DNA from: Lepidodermella squamata
Taxonomy: Eukaryota; Animalia; Gastrotricha
DNA length: 64,000 nucleotides
Reading direction: 5' to 3'
NCBI GenBank assembly: GCA_047495785.1
Contig: JBLDXI010000024.1
Location: forward strand, 5,270,001-5,334,000
The translations under genes and the position numbers were made by a program. Below the pieces are notes generated by a model. It was not told the DNA's origin, did not search any database, and was given only the letters and a program-made list of their open reading frames with translations. This document shows positions 22,298-36,317 of this stretch, piece by piece. Numbering within the stretch: position 1 is the first letter of the stretch; every line of letters begins with the position of its first letter.

Positions 22298-22314
22298 CGC
22301 TCCTGGGTGGGCTC

Positions 22315-22354
<40 letters not shown>

Positions 22355-22371
22355 AATTGCGCCACAGAAGC
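22298..22371 (-). tRNA. tRNA-Asn(GTT)
   Basis: TTCGG-CTGTTAA-CCGAA. Confidence 0.96.
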
Positions 22372-22557
22372 TGGCTAATCGCAGACTCGGCATCACCACT
22401 AAGCAATATGTAGCTTTTAACGCGAGCGTTGCCATGATCACGTTGTTGTCGTTACAGTTTGGCTGTAGCCGAGGTTAGATCGGCCTTCGCATAGAATATA
22501 AACAGAGCTGAACTGTCCTTCATCAATGATCCTCAGCCGCTTTTATAGCTCTGCCAA

Positions 22558-22643
22558 CCCGCGATAGCTCAGCTGGTAGAGCGGAGGACTGTAGATGCAA
22601 CGCAGCTATCCTTAGGTCGGTGGTTCAAGTCCGCCTCGCGGGA
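22558..22643 (+). tRNA. tRNA-Tyr(GTA) with 13-nt intron (22595-22607)
   Basis: GAGGA-CTGTAG[ATGCAACGCAGCT]A-TCCTT; intron at the canonical 37/38 site. Confidence 0.95.
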
Positions 22644-22720
22644 TTGCATGGTTTTTCACTTTCGTTGGGTAGCAGCTTTTCATTCGTTCGTCAGTAAAAA
22701 TGCGCTGATAGATGTGCAAA

Positions 22721-22792
22721 GGCCCGTTGGTCTAGGGGTATGATTCTCGCTTTGGGTGCGAGAGGTCTCGGGTTCAAATCCCGGACGGGCCC
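22721..22792 (+). tRNA. tRNA-Pro(TGG)
   Basis: CTCGC-TTTGGGT-GCGAG. Confidence 0.96.
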
Positions 22793-22876
22793 AAGCTTTT
22801 TGAGCTAATAGCTGAAGCGGCAGCATTACAAAAGGTGTTTGCCATAACCTTGAGCGCATGTAATGTTATCACAGCG

Positions 22877-22947
22877 GCATCGGTGGTTCAGTGGTAGAAT
22901 TATCGCCTGCCACGCGGGAGGCCCGGGTTCGATTCCCGGCCGATGCA
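22877..22947 (+). tRNA. tRNA-Gly(GCC)
   Basis: ATCGC-CTGCCAC-GCGGG (27:43 mismatch). Confidence 0.92.
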
Positions 22948-23043
22948 AGCGACCCTGTTTTTTCATATCAGCTTCGATGTGCATCAGGCAAATTATGAGC
23001 GCAGCAAAATCAAAAGCACTGACAATTCAAGACGCTTCAGTCA

Positions 23044-23115
23044 TCCTTGGTAGTATAGTGGTTAGTATCCCCGCCTGTCACGCGGGAGACCACGGTTCGA
23101 TTCCCTGCCAAGGAG
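23044..23115 (+). tRNA. tRNA-Asp(GTC)
   Basis: CCCGC-CTGTCAC-GCGGG; C-C mismatch in the T stem. Confidence 0.88.
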
Positions 23116-23185
23116 TCAGCTTTTTTAGTTGCGGCGCATAGGTTTCGAGCCAATTTTTTGAGAAAATTGCTAAAAAGTTGATTGC

Positions 23186-23258
23186 CGCCCGATGTGGGGC
23201 TCGAACCCACGACCCTGGGATTAAGAGTCCCATGCTCTACCGACTGAGCTAACCGGGC
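23186..23258 (-). tRNA. tRNA-Lys(CTT)
   Basis: Same as 7547 copy. Confidence 0.97.
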
Positions 23259-26200
23259 TGAGGCTGACAACTGCGCCAGGACTTCGTCCGGTTAAGGGAC
23301 TTTCAATCTCGTAACTGAGTCTCATTTCGTAGCTCCAATAACGGCAAGGCAAAATTCCAAGTAGTGCGACTTTTTACTTCTTGTCGTGTTTTACGTATGT
23401 GTTTACAGGTTAGGTTTTCATTTTCTGAAATAAAAGCTGAGATCACGCTTGTAAATCTCCGCGTGTGAGAGTAAGTATAATAATTCATGGAGACACGCCC
23501 TGCCACGACCCACAACCGAATAAATAGCGCAAATGGACTGACCTACACGGAATCGGACACAGATAAGAAAAGCCGCAATAAAACTTATGCGGCAATGCTA
23601 ACCCAATTACTAATCTGATATCTTCAAGTATGTTTCAACTCAAATTGGCAACCACTATCGAGCCGGAATTCCGCCTAGTCCTAGACACATAAGGCATGAC
23701 TGTCAACTTCTTTAACAACGACGAACATTATTAGGTAGGAAATTTGCAAGGCTTCGGGCGGCTCGGAATCGCAAAAAAACAAACACGCAAGCGCGGATCA
23801 AATTTCTGTCTCTGAAAAGACTTATCGAGATTATTTTCTGGCTACACTTTCAATCGTGGGCTGCATTGAACTTCGTACCTACAGCAGGATGTCGAATCAT
23901 TAAATAAACAGTTTTTTATGCGATCAAATTTCTGAGTTAGTTTTTGCTACGAGCGCCGATGTTCTGAACGCCTAGCAAATTTTATTCAGATATTTAGCGC
24001 TTTTCCGCTGAGTAATTATAATTAGGCGTCGCTTCAGGCGGGCTCTGTCTCATTTGTACGCCAAGTATAACAGCCGACCAGCGGGTGGGGATGAAATTTC
24101 TCCGCTAAGACAACATCAGTCTAGTAATGCCTCAAGTTTTCAACTCTGTGATGCGATTAAAAATTAACAAGGTTAAAAGGTTGTGTCTCATGAATTTTTC
24201 GCGATGTTGATATATCGTTGTACAGCTTCATGACTAGCTTCAGCAAGAAAAGCTCAGTCTTTCACTTTGAGGATTTCACTTTCCATCTTTTGCTGGCGAT
24301 TATGAAAGGTTTCTTTGAAAGCGGTTTCCACGATAATTGCACAGGTGTGACGTAGTTTGACAATTCAATTACAAGCTGATGAAAACGTGAGGTTTTCAAT
24401 CCACGTTTTTCACTGCATTCAAAATGCACACAAAACCAGTGATTTTCGGAAAGTTGGAAATCTCGTTGGGCTTGTCAACTACTGGGCTTGTTGGGGGTGT
24501 GCGAAATGAAGGTGATGACTGCTGTCTTTGCCGACTTCTACTTGGTGATGTGTTAAATAATGGCAACAATTCATTTTTCCCGTTTCTTCCAAGCCGCGTT
24601 TGATTAGGTACTGCATTTTTATCACTTGCTGTTTCTGTTGGTTTTCTTCATTTTCTTCGTTCATCGACAGACCTTTCTTTCACTCTTTTTAAGTGTGTGT
24701 TTGTGTTTGGCAAAAACAGCAACAGCAATTATTAAAAAATTGAGCACGCAATGAGTGCACGTAAAGTCTTTGAAAATTAAAAAAAAACGAGAACTGTGCC
24801 TTAATAATTTTCAAAATGAAATTTTCCGAAAGCTGATTGGCTTTGTCAATGTCAGTGACACCAGAATTCGTCTATAAAAGGGAAGGAACGAAAGAGAAAT
24901 TGGAAGAGTTGGAAGAGTTGACTAGAAAGAAGTGGAAGAATAGGAAGAGAAGAGACGGAAGAAGAGAAGGGAAGAAAGAGAAGGAAGAGTGGGCAATTAA
25001 ACAAGACCGCGCGGACGAGTTACACCAGACATTCGTTGGGTTTGTAACCCAGAAACGCGGACAAAAAGCAACAGCACATTGCTCATAATATTAATGAGCC
25101 GCATTTCACTAATATAAAGCCGAGTACTGGCGCGTGTGCGTGCATAACGCTTTATATTAGTGTTTTTCTAGAATATTCCAAAAGCACTAATAATAGACGC
25201 AGTGTGCGACGTGCTTTTCATTGAATGAGTGCCGAGAAGCAGCGGCAGCAGTATAAACCAGCTTTGTATAACAAACGCTTATATAGAAATAAAATTGGAA
25301 CATGGAACCTGCTGCTGCTATCATCATCTTTTCGGTGATGACTTCTCAATCGACGTCAATCGATCGATCGATAAATGCCTACAAGTTACCTATCGCGTGT
25401 CATGTCAAATTTTGCAGGCCGCCTGTCACCTGCCATTACTCTCAAGCTGTCTACAGCTGCGAGGTTACGTCGCCAACTCATTTACAGCTACAGCAACATT
25501 TGTTCCGTAGAATTAGTTTAGAAATTTATTTCACTCAAGTGAAAAATTACTTTATAAAAATCACCACCACGCAGTATAGTAAATCGTTAAAATTCTCTGG
25601 TTCAAAAAATCATGCACTAAACTTTTTTGGTCTAGTGTTACGCAATATACACGGCCTCCTCTCATTGTTACGTATTAGCAGGTACTGTCGCTTTTAGGCT
25701 GGGCCTTTCTCGAAAACAGCGCGCGCTTTTTGCACTGATTAAAGTCAGGTCGAATTTCAGTGATGTGTGTTCAAGACAACTCGAGACGACGACGACGTGT
25801 TTCATTCTTTTTTTCTAGGTTTCACAGCTTCCGCAATATTTCATTTCATTTTTTCTTATTTCATTCATTCGTCTTAGAAGCGTTACAAGCGCGTGTTTAT
25901 TTATTTCAGGGTTAAATAGCATGTTCACGTTTTTTATTATCACTGCCATTTTTTATGATATTATTATTTTACTCCACTCGAAGCACGCATGCTGTTTTCC
26001 CTGTGTGTGTTGGCTTAATCGCAATATTTTTTGCCCCTCTTCTCGCCACACGCGAGTTTGTCTTGAAGCTCGAGTAGCAAATTACCGCATTATACCTGTG
26101 TGAATATGTGAATCACGTGCGTGTGTGTTTTTTCTGCGTCAATTCATCAATCGGTACAACACAACAGGTGTTTTACGCTCCGTTGGTTTCTCTCGCGCCC

Positions 26201-27057
26201 ATGCGTGGAATGCGCTGAATTTTTCTTGTCACTTAAACCTTGAGCCTTTCCGGTGCAAAGTTGATTTTAAAAACTGCAAAAATTGTAGGAAAAGCATTTA
26301 GATGCTCCATAGCTTCGACTTTCGCAAACGTCTACTATTTTATTACACATTTTACTCTGCCTCATTTTTTTTCTGGTGTCTGTGCCCCAGGAAACCGAGA
26401 CAAGCGTATGCCCGACATTCAGGGCGATTTCATTGTTATTGCAACATAAATCCCACGGATTTGAGCTGAGCTTTGCCTCCTGAATTCTTGACGCTTTTTA
26501 ATTCCACTAGAAAATGGGGCTTCCCGGTTGGATCGATTTTAAAAAATCGCCGAAATGGAATTATTTCTTATTATTCCAATGACCTATTTCCCGGAATTCA
26601 TTTGAATTTTTTTATTCATCGTAAATTCATCGCAGTTTTTCCCCAATAATTTCTACCAAAAGTTGAAGAGCGATGAAAAGTTTAGTTTCTCATTTTCATG
26701 GATAAATGATGATAAATGTTTCTATCTTTCATTGAAACTAATCATGGTTGAAAATTCTCGCGAAATGAACGACCCAATTTTGGTTCAGCTTGCTCTAGAT
26801 TTGGACGATTTATCTTTCTAGGCGAATAGTAACATAGCATAAAAAAATTCGAAAACATTTTTCTGTATGAACAAATGCAATATGATCTTTTGAATTTTTT
26901 TACAAAAGCGTTTTTGTCTAAAATTAGGGCAAAAAAATCCTTTTTATGATCTGATTTTATTAATGTATTATTTTTATTGTTGACTAGGTGGTTATTTAAT
27001 CCTACAGTTATTATCATTGTAGTTGAAATAAATTTCATTATCGATTAACAAAAAACC

Positions 27058-30000
27058 ATGGAAGTGATGGAACGCGCCGATGGGCGCACGGTGTTCACGT
27101 GCCAGGTGTGCGGCCGCGAGGCGTGTCTGCTGCAGCGCGACCCGCCCGCCGCCGCCGCCCAGAATGGCAGCAATCGCAAGCATTCAGTGGCGTCGACGAA
27201 CGGCAGCAGCGACGGCGGCGGGCTCGATTCGAATTCGAACCACTCAGCGTCGACGATCGAGAACGGCTCGAACGGGCACGTTAACAGCAATGGCGTTAAT
27301 GGCGTTAATGGGATGAATGGGACGAATGGCGGCGATCAGATGATTCTCGGCAAGGTGTGGCTCAACTTCAAGATTCCGCTGCTGTGCGGCGCCTGCAAGA
27401 AATTCTACACGCGCTGCAAGGCCAAGGTCAAGGACAACGGCGTGCAGGAGTGCACGTGCCCGCTCATCGTCCAGAAAGCCAGGTAATAATAATTTCACTT
27501 TACGGTAATTGTCGAAATTCTCACAAAAAATGTCAAAAATGTCAAGCCTGATTTTTAAGAAATATTTCAAGCCTTAAGCTGATTTGGCATCCCCTCTTAT
27601 CTCTCTAAAAAAGAGGTAATTCTGGGACAATATTCAGCATAGCATTGCTGTCTCAGTTCTCGAAATAAGAAAACCGAAGATCCGTCGATTGGTTCATGCA
27701 TGGCATTCACCTGAAGTTCAAGTGAAAATCGCGCGATTTTGGCCTGCATGCAAATGTCGCTGCGTAGCCATTTTTTTATTTTCATAACATGTTTCAAACT
27801 CGGACCCAAGGGTCTGAGAACTCGCTATGCCATTTCGTGCATGCACTAGAGCGTCCAAATTGTCCAATTTCGTACAAAAATGCTTTTTTATCGCCAGCAA
27901 TTCAGGTTAAGACATTGTAAGATTATCGCAGAATTATCGGGAATTATTTTACACACCTCTTTCAAATAGCATACATTTCTGTTTTGCCCAACCCTGCGGC
28001 ACTTCTGATTTTTTCTTTTTCGTTCGATCTTGCGTTTTAAACTTGTTTCTTCACCTTTTTATCCTTGTTAATCCTTACTGTAGGGGAAATTGACTTTCCT
28101 GAAAATGTGTGGTTAAAATCTTAGAAATGAAGAAAATTGATTACCTACTACTGAGAAATGCGTATTTTTCATGGGATTTAGGTGATACTCAATTCCCACG
28201 GAAGCCTCACAAGGCTCTCTCACCGCTCGGGTGAATCCATTTAAACATCATCTTTCTTACTGAACTACTTTAAATTTTGGAATTGTCCGTCATCCACTTA
28301 TCGCGGCAATCAATTTCGCTGAATTTTGAGTTCAATAGTTCGTCCGCAATTATTCTATGGGTAGAATATTTTTATGCTCTTAGCTAGTCCCATGAAATAA
28401 TTCCTAGATCGTCCCATTTTCCCGTGTTGTTTTCGGTTGAAACTAGGACCGCGTGCCCTCCTTGTTTTCTACACGTCCTCACATCACCGATTTCGTGTTG
28501 AATTTCTCTCTCTCTGCTTTTATCGCCCTATTTGCTCAACGACACGACGTCGGCGGCGGCGGTGGCGTTCAGCATTCGTTATGCTGTTGTTGATTTGATA
28601 ACGCATTTTGTATATGCAGGTGGCGGCGGCGTAAAAAACCGTACCTCCGGATGACGGATGGCTATAAATAGGCCTCATGTTTATTTGATACACAGAGACA
28701 TGTTGCAATCGAAGTGCCGAAGCGTGTTTAGAAAAAACACAAATCGTCGATTTTTTTCGATCAATTTTGCCGCAAATCTCGAGTACACACCCCCTAAAAT
28801 ACAAGATGCTTGCATTGAATTAATATAATCTATTAGAAAATGTGAGGTTAAAATGGAGAAAATCTGAAAATCCGAAGTTTCGCAAAACTAATGAATCAAA
28901 AATTGAAAAAACCTGGCATTTTTGTTAGAAGGGGGATTGATCGTTGAAAAATCTGATTTTTCTAGTGTATTTTGTCCACAAGCGTCGAATTGATTGGAAG
29001 TGATTGGAAAATTTCGATTAGAAAATTTGATTTAAATTTGAAAATCAGACTAATTCTGATGGATTTGTGCCATTCATTTTTAGGCGGCAGCACAACGGCT
29101 CGGCGAATGGCTATTCGAAGCAGATGTGCGCCGCGTGCCGATTCACGCGCTGCCAACAGGTGATGGCCGATCGGTCGACGAATAAGCCGACGAACGGCGG
29201 CGGCGGCGTGGAGCACGCGCCAAACGGCGGCCTGCTGAACGGCGGGCACTTTAACACGAACGACGATTTAAAGTCGGCGTCAATCAACAACGGCAAGTCA
29301 GTTCATCACAACGGCCACGGCAATGGCCATAATGGCAACGGCGATGCGAGTGTCCGCCGCATCCCGTGCGTCGTGTGCGGCGCCTCGTCGTCCGGCTACC
29401 ACTTCGGCGTCATCACGTGCGAAGGCTGCAAGGGCTTCTTCAGGCGCTCGCTCGCTAAAAACGACACGTACACGTGCACGCGATCGCAAACCGCCGCCTT
29501 ATCACCAGGTAAAACAGTTATTTGCACACAGTTATTATTAACAGTTATTTAATTATTCACAGCGAATCCTTCAAGTTACGCAACGATTTTCTCCGAAATT
29601 TTTTATTTTCAAAATTGAGCGCGATTTTATGGGAAAAGTTAAACCCGGAAAAAACCGAACGAACCCGAATATTCCGAATGAACTCGTAAAACTTGAGATG
29701 AAACGCCAATTCATTCTTTTTTCGAAGCCTTGAAAAATTTCGTTTCATGAAGTATCCCTGGAAAATCTTGGGGAAAAGATGTAGTCGTGTTCACAAACTT
29801 TTTCGAGTTTAAAAGTGTTAGGATTTTTAAGAGATCGGACTTTTTTGACAGTTTTCTCGACCAATTTTAGAATTTTAGAATTTGTGGTTTCGGAAATCAA
29901 TAATTGCTTGATCAGACAATCTCCTTGAAATAATTTTTTAAATTTGTATTTACGTAAAAAAACATTTTCCGTCATTTTTTATTTAAATTTAAATTTTTAT

Positions 30001-33000
30001 TTTTTAAATTTCGAATTTTTTAATTGTAACAGGTGAAAACGGGCTTGAGGACGGCGACGACGACATGGCGCACCAGGCCAAGTGCAAGCTGTGCCGGTGG
30101 CGGGCGTGCCTCGCCGCCGGCATGTCGGTCGACCACATCCGAACCGGCCGGCATTCGATCCAGCGCAAGATGGAGACGAGCGTGCACATGCAGCACCTGG
30201 CGGCCGAGAACCGGCTGCTCGCCGAGACGGTGTTCCGGCGCGACCACCGCCGCCGGCTAGCGAGGCGCGGCCGCGACGACGCCCTGGGCGCCATGCGCGG
30301 CCTCGACGGCGGCTGCAACGCGTCGACGGCCGACTACGCCGACTACGCCGATTTGTCGCTCTTCGGCTCGGAATCACTCGATGCAGGTCAGTCTCGATGC
30401 GTGCTCACGTGCTCACCTCAATAATAGAACATACTTATTTTAATTTTGGGTCGCATTCGAATTCAATTTTTCAATAATTTTTCTCAAAAGAGGCCAGAAA
30501 TTATTACAGTGAAACGGTGAAACACTGTTTTTAATTTTACCGAAATTATCGAAATTTGTGAATTTCTTCTAATTTTGCGAATCGAGAATCGTCTCAATTT
30601 TTATGAAATTTTCGAAATGCTGACGCATTTGTTCAAATTTCGAATTTTTAAATTCCTTGGACTGTAAACTTGAGGTTCCAGCCCTAAAATTAAGTGTTCT
30701 TAATTTTTTTGCGATTTCGACTTGTTTGTTCCAAGTCATGTGATCGAAATCTATGGTTCCAAGCCGGTTTAAACGCTTGATTCCCAAATTTAGCACTGGA
30801 ACCTCGCTCTATTTCGAGTTGAAAACGTGTATTCATTTTTCATGAAACGATTCGCGAATTCAAAATTTCAGGATTTTTCCTCTCATTTTCGATAATTTTT
30901 AATCAATTTTTCTTGTTGTGTTGAATCATTTTAGATGTGTTGGCGGACATGGAGCACATGACATTCGAGTGGTCGCCGGATCACTTTATCATCAACAGCA
31001 GCAACGCCAACGCGAACATGAACGGCAGCAGCAGCACGTCGTCGCCGTACGCGCAGCAACAGGTGACGCCGAACGGCTCGTCGACAGCGTACCCGGTGCC
31101 TGGCACGCCGCCGTCCGCCGCCACCGCCACGCACAGCCCATCGTCGACCATCTACGTCGACTTGACCAGCGCCCAGTACAACGGTGAGCAGTTGTGCCCG
31201 AACGGCGGCGGCTCGAGTTACGGCTCGCCACCGGCCACTTCAGCCCTATCGCCATTGAGTAATAGTAACTACGTGGAACGGCCGTTGACGTACGACCTGT
31301 TGCTGAACAACCACCCGGACGGCGCGTGGGCGACCAACGTGGCCGGCTACTTCAACTTCAGCGACGCGGTGCTGTCGCGCATCGTGGAGGGCGCGCGGTC
31401 GCTGGACGAGATCCGGTCGACGCGCGTCGAGCCGTTCCACGACGGCATGCCGCTCGACGCTGTGTGGACGCGCGTCGTCAAGACGTCGTTCGAGCCGCAC
31501 CTGCGCTGCGTCTCGCTCTTCATCCGCTCGCTGCCCGGCTTCCAGCAGCTCGCCATGCTCGACCGCATGCGCCTCTTTTCGAATGCCTACTTTCCGGTAA
31601 GAGCCAACGCCCATTTAACGCCCATTTTTTAGAACAATTTCAGAAAACTGAGAAAAAAAATTCAAAATTAGGTAATTCGTCAATTTTCAAAAAAAAAATT
31701 TAAATTTTCGATTTTTGAATTTTTGAAATTTTTTGATAATTCAAATTGTTTTCAAAAAAATTTAAATCTCGTTTTCACGAAAATGAAAGAATCATCGCAC
31801 CTGTGTAATATCGAATTTCTCCCTTTATTGGTTGAAATTCCAGGATAATTCTCGACCCTACCCATCTCAAGTTGCACTTGAAGATGGAATTGAGGCGTGG
31901 ACAATGCATCATGTCTGATTGTCTGATGTCACACCACCCTGCGGTGACAGCTCGCGTGCCTCGCGTGGACATTTAGACAGCGTGTTGTGGCAAATTGATG
32001 CCATTGTCTATTAAATCACCCATTAGCCATATTAATCACTTTGTTGTTTACATTGCTTAATTGCGTTGAGGGTCTCGACAGCAGGGTCTCGTCCTTCATT
32101 GCGATAATCAATTTCGACCTTTACCTGATATAATTGAGTAATTTGTCTGAAACCGGTGAACCGAACGCGAGAAAAAGCGACAAATCAAATTGCTAGCAAT
32201 CCTTGAAATTCACCTGCAGGATTACTTACACTGTCGAAAATTGCGAAAGAAATCGGAAATCGGAAACACGGTGATTCGAAATGTCAAATGCGTCTAGTGA
32301 AAAATTGCAATGCAACCTCCGTTTTTCCACTAGTTAGCATAGTCGGTATTTCACTGTCAATTGTAAGATTACCAAATTACCGAAACAGAGCATTTTGTTA
32401 GCGCCTTGATTCGCTCTGGCAATTGTTTCGCCCCAAAAACGAATCAGAGTCGCCATGTGTAAAGTTGAAGGTTTCGAGCTCGGTTAGCTTGGAATTTCAA
32501 GTTTCTTTTTTTTTAACACTGGAGTAGAGAAACGAGGGTTTTATATCAAAACATTGAAAATTTCACTTTTTGATTAGATTTTTTCATTCATTTATTTTCA
32601 TGTTCGTGTTTTCATGTAGATTTTGCTTGCCGTGCTGTCGCTGGACTACAACCCGCTGACGGGCCACGTCAACTACTTCTCGCTGCCGGACCCGAACTCG
32701 CGCAAGATCTTCAAGAAAATCTTCGGCTGCGACCAGTCGGACGTGAACGAGCGGCAGTTCCGCGACGCCGGCCATTCCATGTCGGCGTGGTCGCCCAACT
32801 TCCTCGAGTTCGGCGTCCTCTGCGGCTTGCTCTTCTTCAACCCGTCCGTGCCGGGCCTGGAAGACGCTGAAACGGTGCGGCACATCCACAAGGCCTATCG
32901 AGTAGCCGACGAGCAGTTCTGCGCGCGCTACGACGCGGCGCACCGGCGCATGCAGTCGTTCTCGGTGATGGCGGGCTACTTCGAGCAGATGAACAAGGTG

Positions 33001-33147
33001 TTCGCGCTCGGCATCGAGAACATGAAGCTGTACCACCCGCACCTGCTCGGCCTGCACCCGCTCTTCGGCGAGGTGCACGGCCTGCTCAGCGCCGTGCCGC
33101 TCTCCAAGGCCGAGCTGCGCGCCAACAACTACAACGTCGACGACTAG
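27058..33147 (+). CDS. Nuclear receptor with two tandem DNA-binding domains and an LBD (2DBD-NR)
   Basis: Exons 27058-27482, 29084-29508, 30033-30386, 30935-31596, 32620-33147 join in frame; DBD1 P-box CGACKK, DBD2 [10 protein letters not shown]; LBD signature [16 protein letters not shown] and LLFFNP..PGL, LHPLF.EV. Confidence 0.88.
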
Positions 33148-36100
33148 CGATGGCGACTCGACTGACTCGTGACTCATTCACTTTGTTTATTTGTTCATGT
33201 CGTCGTCAAATCCATCTTCAATGAACAGACGCTTCGAAAATTCGCGCGCGGAAATGATGTACATTGCGAATTTTCTACTATCCATTTTTTTTGTACGATT
33301 CCGCCAAAAATCGCGCTTGTTTTTTTGATGGGTTGGGTATGGAATTGAAACCGCGCGATTTTATTGCCGAAAAATACATGTACCGAGGAAATACTCTGAG
33401 CGGCCTTGAAATTAAATTGCCTTGAAAAATGGACTAATTGTCGAATTTGGGGGGTTTTTTAGGAAAAATTCCAAATATTTTAGGAGATCGAATATTGGAA
33501 TAATTGAAAATTAAACCGCAATAGCCGTGGAAAACTCGATCGTTCACTTCACCCATTTTAAAGAGGCCGTTCGGAACCTTGACAATGGAAGGTCGTATGA
33601 AGGCTTTTTAGTCGGAGTCGACCTGGGTCTAGTTGTGTTGGGAAGTTTTTTCGAATTTTCCCCTCATTTCTAACCCGGTGGCTTTTTCAACGATTGGTGA
33701 TGAACTGCCTTCAACGGTGCTTTTAAATAGGTCACGATTATTTTCTCACACCGAAAATTGCCTGCTTTAATTAAATTGCGAAATCTACCACCTTGAAAAA
33801 TTACTGGAAAATTACTGTTTGGAATACAGAGCAAAGCCGAAATTCTTCAATTGTATAGTTCTTTTTTCAACTTTTTTACTGATGATAAAACGACTGAAAT
33901 TTGTATGTCGCATTTATCAGCTGCGGGTATTGAAAATCTATCAAATTTCGAATTTTTCACCGTTGACGGGCTGTTTCGTTTTGCTATATCGGGTATTTTT
34001 TTCTGTCTGTGAAACGGCGGCCCGTCTGCGTTGCCTCACGTGTGCTCATTCCTTTTGATGATGCGATTCACAGGCCAATCGATATAAAGCACGTCGGTTG
34101 GCGATCACCTCATCCTCCGATTTTGACTTTTGATTCGAGCTTTTGCGCGCGCGCGTCGAAAACTTCAGTGTGACTTTTTTAGCGCGAATTTTCGACGCCG
34201 GTCGCAGCAGCTTTCGATTGTAATACACAGACCTGCCTCGATCGGCGATTCATTGAAGACGAAGAAGAAGAAGAAGAAACTGCACTTGATGAATAATTTT
34301 ACGACTATCACTTATAAAATAATAATAACAATTATGAAAATTCCTTCAACTTCTTTCGGTTTACTCTTCTGTTGTTGATTATAAATTAATGAAAAAAAAA
34401 TAGCCGTATTTAGTTTTCGGAAAAAATATATATGAAATTATTTGGAAAAATACGCAGCAGCTTTTCTCTTTCGCCTCGTCAACTCTTTTTTAGTCAGGAC
34501 TTGGCCTGATTATCCTTTTATTATCATTTAGCGCTAATCGTGATTTTTGTAAATAAACGAGCTATTTTTCCCTGGCTGTTTTACTCGAGCGCTGGATGAA
34601 ATGCTCAGAGCTTGACATTGAAACGGTTATTTCTGTACACATAAAATGAATGAATGCCATTTTTCTATGTTGTTGCTGGTTTTTTTCGCGGCTAAAAATA
34701 ATACATTAATAAATTGTGAAATATTCTAATTGAAAATATTATTATTATTATTATTGCACCTGATGACGGTGTCTATCATAGTAATTATCATTCTTCAGAC
34801 CAACTCGGTTGAAAAATAACAGAAACTGTTCAGTAAAAACTGTAAATTATGTCAGGTGATGTACTTATACGATGATGAAAATTATTACCTATGGGTAATA
34901 TCTATCGGTAGCCGGCCGTGTGCAGAAAGAATGAAACACGTCACGTGTGGTCTAATATCATTTCCGTATCTTTTTTTCTCTTGGAAGCAATTTTTTGAAT
35001 CGACAAAAAATGATCGTTTATAAAATGATGAAATGGAGGTGAATGCGAAAGATGTCGACAGAATAAAATCGCATGCGACAATAAGCTTCACCCAAGTGTT
35101 TTTCTGAAACAGCTTTGAATCGGAAAAATCAACGGAAGATGGCCACGCAGGGGCTGAAATTGAAATGTTGATTCTTTATTTTTCAGCTCGCAGATTTAAA
35201 TAGATGATCTGTTTTACTGTTGCATGGTTCAGGTCCTTCCAATATCCGCCGGCCCTACTACCTACATGGCAGGCTAAAACAGATTACCCTATAACGACAT
35301 ATTATGACAATAATGACCGTTTGTCGATAAATTATGACAGGTAAGGCGCCGGTCCGATATCTTTCGACGGATTATTGAAGCCAAGACCCAAACCGAACCG
35401 AGGTCCCAGTTGAAAAAAATTGAACCTATCGATGTTTTCGGATTTTTTTATTTTTCGAATTTTTCCCAGTGGCTTGTCAATATATCATCCAACAACAAAA
35501 TCTAACAACATTGTATTAATACGGGTATCATGAATTGCGCCGATCACTCATTTTCCGCGCATTGAGCCGCACCAGGCCATATGCACCACTTTTAATTGCA
35601 GCTGATGTCGCAATATACCGGATGCCTAGGTTAGCGGTATTACTTTGTCTTTTGCTTGTTCACGCCGCGCTATTTTTTCCCGCTCACCTGTTAATTCACA
35701 CCGCATGGTATAAGAATGTATGCAAGTGTTGTTGTTTGTTTCTCCGCTCAGCGTTTCCATATGACCAACACTCGGAAATAGCATCGTGAAATAAAAAGAT
35801 TTTGCAGTTCAGTAAAACTTTATTGCCAATTTCTTCCTTTTCCGGATTTAGCCACAAAATTTCAAAAGGTGTCAACGAAGACTTAGGATAAATAGATAGC
35901 GTTGCAGCAATAAATTTTGCACACGTGACACACCAAACAAGAGCAAGAAGTCGTCGGCATCTCTATTTCGGGTTTTTATATCAAAAATCAAGCCAGGGTG
36001 TTAATATTATACCTCGTATAATACACGGTTTCGCCAGAGCCAATTTATACAAATATATATAATAATTTCTTTCGGAGCTCGACGATTGCACAGGTTTAGT

Positions 36101-36317
36101 ATGTTGTAAGGTTTGTTTGTAATAGCATCTATTTATAATAATTCAGTTATATTATATAACAACGTATAAAGTCTTGAGAAAGCACTTTCTGCATATTATA
36201 AAATCTTGTAATAATATTTTCAGTTTTTTAACAGCTTTTCGTGTAGACAGTGCAGAAAAAACATGAGAAAAAGCAATGACTACATGTAACGCCGCCTCTT
36301 TCTACCTTCCTTTGATA

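Noticed and set aside
7400-23258. Possible recoding or suppressor tRNAs
   Set aside because: All anticodons match their body isotype; no stop-decoding anticodon seen
24880-24995. Purine-rich tract and K/E/R-rich ORF (similar tract at 16200-16345)
   Set aside because: Low-complexity sequence with no coding support
25108-25162. 14-bp hairpin CACTAATATAAAGC/GCTTTATATTAGTG as a pre-miRNA
   Set aside because: Stem too short and no recognisable miRNA family
29997-33177. Long antisense/alternate-frame ORFs over GC-rich exons (also at ALDH8A1 and XRN2)
   Set aside because: Shadow ORFs caused by high GC3
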